Origin: Terriglobales bacterium
Lineage (GTDB): Bacteria > Acidobacteriota > Terriglobia > Terriglobales > SCQP01
Direction of reading: 5' to 3'
DNA length: 64,000 nucleotides
Assembly: GCA_035531375.1 (NCBI GenBank)
Contig: DATKSZ010000063.1
Coordinates: 3-64,002 of the forward strand
Both the position numbers and the translations under genes were made by a program. The notes under the pieces are model-generated. The model ran no database searches. It saw only the letters and a program-made list of their open reading frames with translations, and was not told the origin of the DNA. This document shows positions 43,830-53,032 of this stretch, piece after piece (position 1 is the stretch's first letter; each line of letters opens with the position of its first letter).

Positions 43830-45882
43830 AGCGCTTTTGGTGGAGCTGGGCACGGAGGAGATGCCGGCGCGGGTGGTGGAGGGGCTGGCGCGGCAGTTTG
43901 CCCAATCCCTCAACCAACGCTTGAACACGGCGCAACTGCTGACGGCCGAGGCGGGGACGCCGACGGTGCACTTCACGCCGCGGCGGCTGCTCTGCCTGCA
44001 GGCCGGGGTGCTGGAGGTGCAGCCGACCAGCGAGGAGCAGGTGCTGGGGCCGCCCCGGCGGGTGGCTTTTGGCGCCGACGGCAAACCCAGCCCCCAGGGC
44101 AAGGGCTTTGCGGCCAAAAACAACGTCGCGGCTGAGGATCTGTTTACCGTGACCACGCCCAAGGGCGAGTACGTGGCGCTGCGGCGCAAGGTGGGCGGGG
44201 GGAAGGCGGAGGCGCTGCTGGCGGCCATCATTCCGGAGGCGTTCGGCGACCTGGAGTTGCCGCGCTCGATGCGCTGGGAGGGGGAGTTGCGCTTCATCCG
44301 GCCGCTGCGCTGGCTGGTGGGGCTGTGGGGCGAGACCTGCATCGGGTTTCGGCTGGGGGAGTTGGAGGCGGGCACCACCTCTTGGGGACACCGCAGCCTG
44401 GGCGCGGGGAGCTTTGCGGTGAAGGCGGCGGAGGAGTTTCCGGCGCGCTGGCGGGAGAATTTTGTCATCACCGATCCCGCCGAGCGGCGTGCGGCCATCG
44501 CCACCGCGGCCAGCAAGCTGCTGCCGGCGGGATTGCGGCTGCGGGTGGACGCCGGGCTGGAAGACACGCTGGTCAACCTGACCGAGTATCCCGATGCCAT
44601 CTTGGGAAGCTACAGCCCGGCCTACCTGGACTCGCTGCCACCGGAGGTGCTGGTGACGGTGATGCGCGACCACCAGAAGTACTTTGCGGTGGAGGACGAG
44701 AGGGGGCGTCTGGCGCCGCATTTTGTGGCGGTGATCAACCAGCAGGGCGACCCCAAGGGGTATATTCGGCACGGCAACGAGCGGGTGCTGCGGGCGCGCT
44801 TCAGCGATGCCCAGTTCTTCTTCGACGCCGACCGCCGGAGCAGCCTGGGGGAGCGGCTGCCCATGCTGGAACAGGTAACCTTCCAGGCCAAACTGGGCAG
44901 CTACCGCGACAAGAGCCGGCGCATGCGGGCTCTGGCCACTTGGCTGGCGGAATTGTGGAAGCAAGCCGGGCTCGAGGCCGACGTGGCCACGGCGGCCAAC
45001 GCCGCCGAGATGGCGAAGTGCGACCTGACCACCGACATGGTGAAGGAGTTTCCCGAGCTGCAGGGGATCATGGGCGGGCACTATGCGCTGGCTTCGGGCC
45101 AGACGGCGGCGGTGGCGGAGGCGATCGCCGACCAGTACGCCTGGGAGGCCCCGCCGCGCAGCCTGGAGGGGGCGGCGGTGTCGCTGGCGGACAAGCTGGA
45201 CACCATCGCCGGGATGTTTGCCATCGGGGAGGCGCCGACCGGCTCGGCCGACCCGTTTGGACTGCGGCGGCAGGCCAACGGGGTGGTGCGCACGCTGATC
45301 GAGCGGGAACTGCCGCTGTCGCTGGCGGCGGCCTGCGAGCAGGCGCTGCAGGGCTATCACCGCGAGCTGCCCGCAACGACGCGGGCGGAGTTGGCGGGGT
45401 TCTTGCGGGAGCGGCTGTCGTTTTACCTGCGCGAGGTGGCCGGCTTCGCCTACGACGTGGTGGCGGCGGTGCTGGCGGTGGACGCCGACCAGCCGCTGGA
45501 GGGGCTGCGGCGCTGCGCGGCGCTGGCCTCGGCGCCCGAGACGGCGGCGGTGGCGGCGGTGATCAAGCGGGCGGGCAACATCGTGCGCAAGGAAGGCTGG
45601 ACGGCGGCGCGGGTGGACGAGGCGCTGCTGGCCGCGCCGGCCGAGCAGGCGCTGCACCAAGCGGTGGCGGCGCTGCCGAGCGATGCCCCCTACGCCGACG
45701 AGCTGGCGGCGATCAGCCAGTTGGCGGCTCCGCTGCAGCGGTTTTTCAACGAGGTGCGGGTGAACGACGAGAATGCCGACATCCGCGCCAACCGGCTGTC
45801 GCTGCTGGCCTGGACGGTGGCCCGCCTCTCCCGCCTGGCCGACTTTGGCGAGCTGGCGGGCGGGGCGCCCGGCCGCGGCTAA
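43822..45882 (+). CDS. glyS: Glycine--tRNA ligase beta subunit
   Basis: 686 aa reading [13 protein letters not shown]...FTPRRL...MRW..., plus an anticodon-binding C-terminal domain. It overlaps glyQ by 8 nt. Confidence 0.95.
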   Translation: MPKALLVELGTEEMPARVVEGLARQFAQSLNQRLNTAQLLTAEAGTPTVHFTPRRLLCLQAGVLEVQPTSEEQVLGPPRRVAFGADGKPSPQGKGFAAKNNVAAEDLFTVTTPKGEYVALRRKVGGGKAEALLAAIIPEAFGDLELPRSMRWEGELRFIRPLRWLVGLWGETCIGFRLGELEAGTTSWGHRSLGAGSFAVKAAEEFPARWRENFVITDPAERRAAIATAASKLLPAGLRLRVDAGLEDTLVNLTEYPDAILGSYSPAYLDSLPPEVLVTVMRDHQKYFAVEDERGRLAPHFVAVINQQGDPKGYIRHGNERVLRARFSDAQFFFDADRRSSLGERLPMLEQVTFQAKLGSYRDKSRRMRALATWLAELWKQAGLEADVATAANAAEMAKCDLTTDMVKEFPELQGIMGGHYALASGQTAAVAEAIADQYAWEAPPRSLEGAAVSLADKLDTIAGMFAIGEAPTGSADPFGLRRQANGVVRTLIERELPLSLAAACEQALQGYHRELPATTRAELAGFLRERLSFYLREVAGFAYDVVAAVLAVDADQPLEGLRRCAALASAPETAAVAAVIKRAGNIVRKEGWTAARVDEALLAAPAEQALHQAVAALPSDAPYADELAAISQLAAPLQRFFNEVRVNDENADIRANRLSLLAWTVARLSRLADFGELAGGAPGRG

Positions 45883-45901
45883 CCAGGCTCCACCAGGCGG
45901 C

Positions 45902-46282
45902 CTACGACCGCAATCCAAAGAGAACGTACGCCAGGAATTCGAATGTTTCGCCAGCGTTGGCGTCGCGTAGGCTCGCGATTGCGTCTTCCGCATCATCCAC
46001 CGCGCCCTGCGCGCGCACCTTGTTGAGCCGGAACCTGGGGTCGTAGTCGCAACTGTGGCGCAACTCCTGGAGTTCCACGAACGTGTTCGCGAAAGCTTGG
46101 AGCGGCGGCGAAAACTCGGTTCTTCCGAAAAAATCGGCCTCACGCCGGGGGAGCCTCCTGCCGAGGGTGTCGCTCCGCTTCCGGGCGCTGCCATGCTCGA
46201 TCGCCCGATAGATCAAGGCGTTCACGTTCTGGTTTCCGCGGGAGTAAGTCTCGGCGATCTCGCCGTTCAAAGCGTGGAACAA
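45902..46282 (-). CDS. HEPN-domain protein (PF05168-like), 5' region apparently frameshifted; the intact gene would start at GTG 46386
   Basis: The track ORF (TTG start) contains LQELRHSCDYDPRFRLNKVRAQGAVDDAEDAIASL (HEPN R-x3-DY helix pair). The open frame continues upstream as GADLRRAVSTAYYALFHAL (typical first HEPN helix) up to a TAG. A different frame starting at GTG 46386 encodes MLDPDPLIALARRELAPGSMG and meets it at a C5 run (46323-46327). Confidence 0.6.
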   Translation of the reverse strand: MFHALNGEIAETYSRGNQNVNALIYRAIEHGSARKRSDTLGRRLPRREADFFGRTEFSPPLQAFANTFVELQELRHSCDYDPRFRLNKVRAQGAVDDAEDAIASLRDANAGETFEFLAYVLFGLRS

Positions 46283-46378
46283 GGCGTAGTAGGCAGTGGA
46301 TACCGCGCGCCGCAGGTCGGCGCCCCCATGCTACCGGGGGCCAACTCCCGCCGGGCAAGCGCAATCAATGGGTCAGGG

Positions 46379-46684
46379 TCAAGCACGCTCCGATGCCTCA
46401 GAGGCATGGCGCTCTTCTGCCGTGGTCGAGACCTCGAAATAAGGAAATCGTTCGTCTGCCTTTTCGGCGCTCAGCCAGTCCCGGAAGCGGCTCAGCACGA
46501 TGCGCATTGCACGAAAATCGGAACGCTCCGGCGTACGTTGGAATACGACCCTCACGAAGAGGCTGGGTTCGCCGTCGGCATTGGTTCCTGGCCGAACTGC
46601 CACCTCCTCGAGCGACATCTTGGGCAGCAACTCGTGGATCAGCCGTCGGATCTCGTTTGCCGCCTCGTTCTCAACACGCTCCAT
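46379..46684 (-). CDS. Hypothetical protein, upstream partner of the HEPN gene
   Basis: 101 aa reading MERVENEAANEIRRLIHELLPKMSLEEVAVRPGTNADGEPSLFVRVVFQ.... I recognise no family. TATGCT lies 6 nt upstream of the ATG. Its stop overlaps the putative GTG of the HEPN gene (GTGCTTGA). The region is visibly lower in GC. Confidence 0.55.
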   Translation of the reverse strand: MERVENEAANEIRRLIHELLPKMSLEEVAVRPGTNADGEPSLFVRVVFQRTPERSDFRAMRIVLSRFRDWLSAEKADERFPYFEVSTTAEERHASEASERA

Positions 46685-46753
46685 ACGCTTAGCATACTCT
46701 GAGCAGGCGTCGGCCGCTAAGGCCGGCGAGCCCGCCGGTGCGGCTACGGCCGC

Positions 46754-48451
46754 TTAGTGCAGGGTGAAGGCGGTGCTGGCCGCCGACATCTCGCCCTGGA
46801 CCGATTCTTCGACAACGACGCGCAGGTGGTAGTGGCCGGGGGCGGCGAGCAGCGAGAGGCCGGCGCTGAGGGCGGCGCCGCGGCGCTCCAGCGCCTGGCG
46901 GGAGGCGTCGGTGAGGCGCAGGTCCATCTCGCCCTGCTCGCCCACGACGTAGGCGCCCCGGTCGTTGGCGAGCACGGCGACGAAGCTGAGCTGCTCGAGG
47001 TTGCGCTGTTCGGCCTTGAGGAAAGGCAGATGCCTGGGGTCCACGGTGACCACCACATGCAGGCGGCGCTGGCCGCCGGCGTCGGGAAATTCCTGGAGGC
47101 CGAAGTGGACCGGGATCTGGTGGCGCTGGTCGCTGGCCAGGGCCTCCTGGTTAAGGCGCTGCTGCAGGTCCACTTGGCTGCCGGGCTTGGGCGGGGCGAG
47201 GTAGCCGCGGCGCGCCTGGATTTGGAAATGTCCGGGGGCGGTGACCTGGACCGCGAGGCGATGCAGGCTGCCGTCAGGGACGACTCCCTTGGGGGAAAAC
47301 GAGAGCAAATAGGAGACCGCAGGCGCCTGGGCGAATCGGCGCACGGCGAGGCGGAGGTCGTTGCTGTTCTCGAACAGATGGCCGCCGGTGCCGTTGGCGA
47401 TCTGGGCCATGGCGGCGGTGAGGGTGTCGCGGGCGACGCCGGCGGTGGAGTCGCGCCAACTGTTGAGGTTGGGGGCGTCCACGGAGGGATCGTCGGGCGA
47501 GATGGAGCCGGCGCGGGCGACCAGGCCCTGGGCGTCGAGGGCGTTGACCACGATGCCGGCCCGCAGGGCGCGGTCCACCGCCTGGCCGATCTGGAGCTGG
47601 AGGTCTTGGCTGGGGAAGCCGGAGGAGGTGAGCAGGAGGAGGCGGTCGCCGTGGCGTTGGGCAAGCGCCCGCAGGGCGGCCTGGAGGGCGTCGAACGCCT
47701 CGAGGGATTGGGTTTGGCTCTGGCCCAGCACGCTCTCGGCCTTGGCGCGCAGTTCGGGGGCGCAGCGGCTGGGGTCGAGGCCGAAGCAGAGGCAGCCTTG
47801 GTGCAAGGCCTGGGCGAGGGCGAGCGCCTGGGCGTCGGGGTCGAGGTGCTTGACGATGGCGTAGGCCTGATAGGGAGTGATGAGCGGACAGCCGATGGGG
47901 GCGGCGTGCGATTGGGGGGCGATTTTCCCCAGGGCGGCGAGCAGCGGGGCGCGGTCGGAGGTGAAGCCCTGTTCGGTGAGGCCGGAGGTGGTGAAGATGG
48001 CGACCTGCTCGCCCGTGGGCAGGCTGCGGCCGGCGCCCTGCAGGAAGGCGGCGACGGCGGCGCGAGCCTGGGCGAGGTCGCCCTGCTGGTTGAACTCGGT
48101 GTTGAGGTCGTCGAAGAGGAAGGCGAGGGAGCGGGGGCGGGCAAGCGCCGCCGCGGCGGCGCGGGGCGGGGAGGCGGGGCGGGTCTCGACGGCGAAGGCG
48201 GAGATGGGCTGGGGGCGGCCATTGTCGAACAACTGGAAATCGCGGCGGGAGAGGCCGGCCACGGCTTTGCCTTGCGCGTTGCGCACCACCACCCCGACTT
48301 GGACCTCGTTGACGCGGGCGCGGAAGACGAGGGCGGGGCGGAAGGGGTGGGCGCTGAGCTTCAGTTGGTCGGGGCCGAGGCGGGGAGCCTGGGCCCAGGC
48401 AGCGCCCAGGGCAGCGGCGGCGAGCAGGGCCGGCGGCAAGCGGCGCGACAT
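46754..48451 (-). CDS. Secreted VWA-domain protein (acidobacterial VWFA-related type)
   Basis: 565 aa with a signal peptide (LLAAAALGAAWAQA). The N-terminal domain reads FRARVNEVQVGVVVRNAQGKAVAGLSRRDFQLFDNGRPQPISAF, followed by a VWA-like fold (SLAFLFDDLN...LLLLTSSG). Confidence 0.8.
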   Translation of the reverse strand: MSRRLPPALLAAAALGAAWAQAPRLGPDQLKLSAHPFRPALVFRARVNEVQVGVVVRNAQGKAVAGLSRRDFQLFDNGRPQPISAFAVETRPASPPRAAAAALARPRSLAFLFDDLNTEFNQQGDLAQARAAVAAFLQGAGRSLPTGEQVAIFTTSGLTEQGFTSDRAPLLAALGKIAPQSHAAPIGCPLITPYQAYAIVKHLDPDAQALALAQALHQGCLCFGLDPSRCAPELRAKAESVLGQSQTQSLEAFDALQAALRALAQRHGDRLLLLTSSGFPSQDLQLQIGQAVDRALRAGIVVNALDAQGLVARAGSISPDDPSVDAPNLNSWRDSTAGVARDTLTAAMAQIANGTGGHLFENSNDLRLAVRRFAQAPAVSYLLSFSPKGVVPDGSLHRLAVQVTAPGHFQIQARRGYLAPPKPGSQVDLQQRLNQEALASDQRHQIPVHFGLQEFPDAGGQRRLHVVVTVDPRHLPFLKAEQRNLEQLSFVAVLANDRGAYVVGEQGEMDLRLTDASRQALERRGAALSAGLSLLAAPGHYHLRVVVEESVQGEMSAASTAFTLH

Positions 48452-48502
48452 CGCCCGCTAGCATAGCGCAGCGCTGGGCGGGGTGGGGTAAAATGGTGAA
48501 CC

Positions 48503-48718
48503 ATGACGGCGATGGACATCTCCTACCGCTATGCCGGCGGCCTCGACGACCAGCAGATTCGCGCCTTGGCGCGTTTGCCCGATGTCTATGGCATCCGGGC
48601 GCTGAAGCTGGACGAGGCGGCCAAGCTGATCGCCATCGAATACGACGCCACGCGGCTGGACGCGGCGCGGGTGGCGGCGCTGGTGCGGGGCTGCGGCGTG
48701 GCCGCGCAGCCAGCCTAG
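48503..48718 (+). CDS. Small hypothetical protein (71 aa)
   Basis: It fills the gap between two minus-strand genes. Third-position GC is high, like real genes here. TAAAAT lies 8 nt upstream of the ATG. The layout is vaguely ferredoxin/HMA-like (IEYDATRLDAARVAALVRGCGV) but without a CxxC. The stop overlaps the neighbouring gene's stop. Confidence 0.35.
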   Translation: MTAMDISYRYAGGLDDQQIRALARLPDVYGIRALKLDEAAKLIAIEYDATRLDAARVAALVRGCGVAAQPA

Positions 48719-49692
48719 GCCTTCGGCGGGCCGGGATCGAGCGCCAACTGCTGGTGGTGGTGGGCGATGGCTTGGGCGGCGCGCAGGGCGGCGGCCAGCG
48801 CGGCCCGGGCGGCGGGGCCGTCCACTTCGGGCTGGGCGCGGGTGCGCACCGCCTCCAGAAACGCATCCAACTCCGCGGCCAACGGCTCGCGGTCGTCGCC
48901 CACCAGGTGCTGGTGCTCGATGACCGGGGGAACGTAGGGATTTTGGGCCACGGCAAAGACGCGCGCATCGCGGCGGGCGTAGTCGAGCGAGATGTACTCG
49001 CCCGGCTGGAAGAACCGCAGCTTGCGGACCTTTTCGGTGCTGACGCGGCTGGCGGTGAGGTTGGCGACGCAGCCGTTGGCAAAGCTCAGGCGCACGTTGG
49101 CGATATCGGTGCGGGCGCTGAGCACGGCCAGGCCGACCGCTTGCAGGTCGGCGAGCGGGGAGTTGACGAAGCTGAGCACGATGTCGAGGTCGTGGATCAT
49201 GAGGTCGAGCAGGACGTCCACGTCGAGGCTGCGCGGGGTGAACAGGCTGAGGCGGTGGACCTCGAAGAAGAGCGGGCGGGTGAGGCGGGCCCGGATGAGG
49301 CGGACGGCGGGGTTGAAGCGCTCCAGGTGGCCGACCATGAGGATGCGGCCGCGGGCGGCGGCGGCGGCGGTCATGCGGTCGGCCTCGGCCAGGCTGGGGG
49401 CGATGGGCTTTTCGACCAGGACGTCCAGGCCGGCGTCGAGCAGGCGGATGGCGACCTCGGCGTGGGCCACGGTGGGGGCGGCGACCACGGCGGCGGCGGC
49501 GGTGCGCTCCAGCTCGTCGAGCGAGGCAAAGGCGCGGGTTCGGAACTCCTGCGCCAAGGCTTGGGCGCGCTCGGGGTCGGTGTCGAACACGCCGACCAAT
49601 TGCGCGCCGGGCGCCTGGGCGAGCACGCGCGCATGATGGCGGCCGAAGACGCCGCAGCCGACCACGCCGATTTTTAGCGGCTCGGGCATCAA
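48715..49692 (-). CDS. Gfo/Idh/MocA family NAD(P)-dependent oxidoreductase (last gene of the lpx operon)
   Basis: 325 aa with the Rossmann motif LKIGVVGCGVFGRHHARVL and the EKP motif VLVEKPIAPS. The start overlaps the lpxI stop (ATGA). Confidence 0.85.
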   Translation of the reverse strand: MMPEPLKIGVVGCGVFGRHHARVLAQAPGAQLVGVFDTDPERAQALAQEFRTRAFASLDELERTAAAAVVAAPTVAHAEVAIRLLDAGLDVLVEKPIAPSLAEADRMTAAAAARGRILMVGHLERFNPAVRLIRARLTRPLFFEVHRLSLFTPRSLDVDVLLDLMIHDLDIVLSFVNSPLADLQAVGLAVLSARTDIANVRLSFANGCVANLTASRVSTEKVRKLRFFQPGEYISLDYARRDARVFAVAQNPYVPPVIEHQHLVGDDREPLAAELDAFLEAVRTRAQPEVDGPAARAALAAALRAAQAIAHHHQQLALDPGPPKA

Positions 49693-50525
49693 TCGCCTCC
49701 CCGCGGCTGGCCGACGACCGCGATGCCGGCGGCGTCGGCGGCGGCGAGGCAGGTCTCGCGCTCGAGCAGCAGGGTAAGGCCGCTCTCGACGCCGAGCAGG
49801 GTGGCGCCGGCGAGGCGCATGGCGGCGATGGTGCCGGGGCCGATGACGGGCACGTCAAAGCGCAGATCCTGCTTGGGCTTGGCCACCTTGACGATGGTCA
49901 AGGGGCGGCCGCCGGCGAGGGAGGCGGCGCGGGCGATCATGGCGTCGGTGCCCTCCATGGCCTCGGCGGCGACGCAGGCGCAGTCGGCGATGGCGACCGC
50001 CTGTCCGATATCCATGGCGGCGAGGTGGCGGGCGACCTGGAAGCCGTAGTCGAGCTCGCGGCGCTCGCGCTCGTCGGGCGCGCGCCGGGTCATGGGGCCG
50101 GCGGCGGCGAGCAGGGGTTGGAGGAACTGGGTGGAGCTTTCCAGCTCGATGCCCTCGTCGGCGAGCACCTGCGCCACCGCCCCCAGCAGGGAGTCGGTGT
50201 TGCGGGTGGCGAGGGAGGCGAGCAGGGCGGCCATCTTCCAATCCGGGCGGAGGTGGGAAAAGATCTGCTTGTGCTTGACCTGGCCGGCCATCACCGCCCG
50301 CCGCACCCCGGCGGCCTGGAAGACCTTGATGAGTTTGCCCAACTGCCCCAGGCTGAGCCACTCGACCGCGACCCCCATGGACTCAATCGCCGGATCGGTC
50401 TCTTCCTTGATGGCGGCGACCACGATCTCCAGGCCGCGGCTTTTCGCCGCCTCCAGCAGCAGGAAGGGGAAGCGTCCGTTGCCGGCGATGAGGCCGTATT
50501 TGGGGGTTGCCGCCGAGCCCGCCAT
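49689..50525 (-). CDS. lpxI: UDP-2,3-diacylglucosamine diphosphatase LpxI (DUF1009)
   Basis: 278 aa with YGLIAGNGRFPFLLLEAAKSRG, AVMAGQVKHKQIF, GQAVAIAD and EAMEGTDAMIARA. Confidence 0.85.
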   Translation of the reverse strand: MAGSAATPKYGLIAGNGRFPFLLLEAAKSRGLEIVVAAIKEETDPAIESMGVAVEWLSLGQLGKLIKVFQAAGVRRAVMAGQVKHKQIFSHLRPDWKMAALLASLATRNTDSLLGAVAQVLADEGIELESSTQFLQPLLAAAGPMTRRAPDERERRELDYGFQVARHLAAMDIGQAVAIADCACVAAEAMEGTDAMIARAASLAGGRPLTIVKVAKPKQDLRFDVPVIGPGTIAAMRLAGATLLGVESGLTLLLERETCLAAADAAGIAVVGQPRGGD

Positions 50526-50530
50526 GGCGC

Positions 50531-51301
50531 CTACTTAATCACTCCGCGCGCGCTCTGGGCGATGAAGTCGAGCAGGAGTTGGGTGTCTTCGGTGAGGGCC
50601 TCGGCCTGGATGCGCTCGACCGCCTGGGAGGTATTGAGGCCGGAGTGCAGCAGCAGGCGGAAGGCCTGTTCCAGCGCGGCGATGCGCTCGCGGCTGAAGC
50701 CCTTGCGCTTGAGGCCGATCTTGTTGGGGCCGAAGGCGTGGTTGTCGCGCTCGGCGCTGGTGATGGCGAAGGGCATGACGTCCTGGGTGGTGATGGTGCC
50801 GCCGCCCAGATAGGCGTAGGGGCCGATATGAACGAACTGGTGGACGGGGGAGAAGGCCCCCAGGGTGGCATGGTCGCCGACCACCACATGGCCGCCCAGG
50901 GTGGAGCAGTTGGCCATGATGATGTGGGAGCCGACCTGGCAGTCGTGGGCGACGTGGCAGTAGGCCATGAGCAGGTTGTGGCTGCCGATGCGGGTGAGGC
51001 CGCCGCCCTTGACCGTGCCGCGGTGGAGGGTGCAGAACTCGCGCACGATGTTGTCGTCGCCGATTTCCAGGCGGGTGGGCTCGCCGCGGTAGGAGATGTC
51101 CTGGGGACCGAAGCCGACGCTGTTGAAGGGGAAGAAGTGGTTGCGGGCGCCGATCCTGGTGGGACCCTGGACGACGACGTGGGCGTCGAGGCGGCAGTCC
51201 TCGCCCAGCTCGACCTCGGGGCCGAGGACACAGCCGGGGCCGATGAAGCAGGAGGCGGGGACGCGGGCGCCGGCGTCCACGGTGGCCAGGGGCGAGATCA
51301 T
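50531..51301 (-). CDS. lpxA: Acyl-ACP--UDP-N-acetylglucosamine O-acyltransferase
   Basis: 256 aa with left-handed beta-helix hexapeptide repeats. Motifs are SVGFGPQDISYRGEPTRLEIGDDN, HVAHDCQVG and LKRKGFSRE. Confidence 0.9.
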   Translation of the reverse strand: MISPLATVDAGARVPASCFIGPGCVLGPEVELGEDCRLDAHVVVQGPTRIGARNHFFPFNSVGFGPQDISYRGEPTRLEIGDDNIVREFCTLHRGTVKGGGLTRIGSHNLLMAYCHVAHDCQVGSHIIMANCSTLGGHVVVGDHATLGAFSPVHQFVHIGPYAYLGGGTITTQDVMPFAITSAERDNHAFGPNKIGLKRKGFSRERIAALEQAFRLLLHSGLNTSQAVERIQAEALTEDTQLLLDFIAQSARGVIK

Positions 51302-51801
51302 GGCTGGGGGCTGGCCTCGGGCTTGCGGTTGACCACGGCGCAGCTCAGGGTGGCCTCGGCGGCGAGCTTGCCGTCCACCAAGGCGCGGCCGAACATGCGG
51401 CCGGCGGTGGAGCGGAAGCGGAGCACGTCCACCTCCAGGCGCAACTGGTCGCCGGGCACCACGGGCGAACGGAACTTGCAGCCGTCCACGCCGGTGAAGT
51501 AGATCAGGCGCTGGCCGGGATCCGGGTCTTCAAACAGGATCATCAACGCCCCCGCCTGGGCCAGCGCTTCCAGCACCAGCACGCCCGGCATGATGGGGAA
51601 GCCGGGAAAGTGGCCCTGGAAGAAGGGCTCGTTGGCGGTGACGTTCTTGAGGGCGACGATGCGCTTCTGCGGCTCGAACTCGACGATGCGGTCGAGCAGG
51701 AGGAAAGGGAAGCGGTGGGGCAAGAGCCGCTGGATCTCGACTACCCCCATCGGCAAGGTGAAGCGCTGCGGGGCCATTTGAGTTCCGGTCTGGTCGCTCA
51801 T
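51298..51801 (-). CDS. fabZ: 3-hydroxyacyl-ACP dehydratase FabZ
   Basis: Start trimmed to ATG 51801 ([14 protein letters not shown]). Motifs are [44 protein letters not shown]. The rest of the 612-aa track ORF overlaps the M20 gene. Confidence 0.9.
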   Translation of the reverse strand: MSDQTGTQMAPQRFTLPMGVVEIQRLLPHRFPFLLLDRIVEFEPQKRIVALKNVTANEPFFQGHFPGFPIMPGVLVLEALAQAGALMILFEDPDPGQRLIYFTGVDGCKFRSPVVPGDQLRLEVDVLRFRSTAGRMFGRALVDGKLAAEATLSCAVVNRKPEASPQP

Positions 51802-51840
51802 GGGGAAACCCCTGTAATTATAAGGCACCGTCCCGCTACA

Positions 51841-52968
51841 ATGGCCTTCGTGTCTCCGCTCACCCTGCTCGCCTGGCTGCGACCGCGCCTGCCCGAAATG
51901 CTGGAACGGCTGCAAGCGTGGGTCGGGATGGAGACGCCCAGCCTGGAGCCGGAGCGGGTGCGGGCACTGGCGGAGGTGGTGGCGCCGGAATTCGAACGGC
52001 TGGGCTACCGGGCGGTGTGGCATACCGACGCACTGGAGCTGAGCTGCGCCGAGGGCGCGCCGGTGCTGCTGCTGGGGCACTTGGACACGGTGTATCCGGC
52101 GGGCACGCTGGCGGCGATGCCGTTCCGCCAGGAGGGCGGGCGCGCCTACGGCCCTGGCGTCTTCGACATGAAGGGCGGGGTGGTGCAGGCGCTCTATGCG
52201 CTGCGGGCGTTGCGGGCAGAGGCGCCGGGGACGCGGCTGCCCAGCCTGCTGCTGGTCTACGACGAGGAGACCGGCAGCCGGCGCTCGCGCCCCCTGACCG
52301 AGAGCCGGGCGCGGCAGGCGGAGGCGGTGCTGGTGCTGGAGCCGGCGGCCGACGCCGACGGCAAGCTGAAGTTGGGGCGGAAGGGCATTGCGCTCTACTC
52401 CATGGCGGCGCACGGGGTGGCGGCGCACGCCGGGGTGGACTTCGAGCAGGGGGCGAGCGCGATTGTGGAGTTGGCGGCGCGGGTGGCGGAGGTGGCGGGC
52501 TGGAGCGACCCGGCGCGGGGGCTGACCATCAACCCCGGGCTGATCTCCGGCGGGAGCCGGGTGAACGTGGTGGCGGCCGAGGCAGGGGCCGAGCTCGAGG
52601 TGCGGGCCTGGACGGCGGCCGAGCTGGGCGCGGTGGACGGGCGGCTGCGCGCGCTGGCGAGCGCCCACCCGCGGGTGCAGTTGGAGGTCCGCGGCGGCAT
52701 CAACCGTCCGCCGATGGAGCCGACCCAGGCGAGCCGGGCGCTGGCGGCGCGGGCGCAGGCGCTGGCGGGCGAGTTGGGTTTCGCCCTGGCGACGACGCGC
52801 ACCGGCGGCGGCTCGGACGGCAACTTCACCGCCGCGCTGGGCGTGCCCACGCTCGACGGGCTGGGCATGGTGGGCGCGGGCGCGCACACGCCGCAGGAGC
52901 AGATCGAGCTGGCGGCGCTGGCGCCGCGCACGGCGCTGCTGGCGGCGCTGCTCCGGCAGATCGGCTAG
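51841..52968 (+). CDS. M20 family metallopeptidase (carboxypeptidase G2-like)
   Basis: Start trimmed to ATG 51841 (MAFVSPLTLLAWLRPRL). Motifs are LLLGHLDTVYP, GPGVFDMKGG, YDEETGS and GAGAHTPQEQIE. Confidence 0.85.
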   Translation: MAFVSPLTLLAWLRPRLPEMLERLQAWVGMETPSLEPERVRALAEVVAPEFERLGYRAVWHTDALELSCAEGAPVLLLGHLDTVYPAGTLAAMPFRQEGGRAYGPGVFDMKGGVVQALYALRALRAEAPGTRLPSLLLVYDEETGSRRSRPLTESRARQAEAVLVLEPAADADGKLKLGRKGIALYSMAAHGVAAHAGVDFEQGASAIVELAARVAEVAGWSDPARGLTINPGLISGGSRVNVVAAEAGAELEVRAWTAAELGAVDGRLRALASAHPRVQLEVRGGINRPPMEPTQASRALAARAQALAGELGFALATTRTGGGSDGNFTAALGVPTLDGLGMVGAGAHTPQEQIELAALAPRTALLAALLRQIG

Positions 52969-52993
52969 CAGCTCGCGGCCCCAGCGAAGCGCA

Positions 52994-53029
52994 GCGCCGA
53001 CTTGGGGCCATGGGGCCCCGAGTCGGCGC
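52994..53029 (+). terminator. Very strong stem-loop (16-bp stem, 4-nt loop) 26 nt after the M20 stop; possible terminator, no U-tract
   Basis: GCGCCGACTTGGGGCC-atgg-GGCCCCGAGTCGGCGC, with one T-G wobble. It is followed immediately by the repeat at 53033. Confidence 0.45.
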
Positions 53030-53032
53030 GAG

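Noticed and set aside
43696-46194. 832-aa minus-strand ORF, plus the overlapping plus-strand ORF 44325-46046.
   Set aside because: They lie antisense to or out of frame with glyS, which is unambiguous. Their composition is R/P/G-rich.
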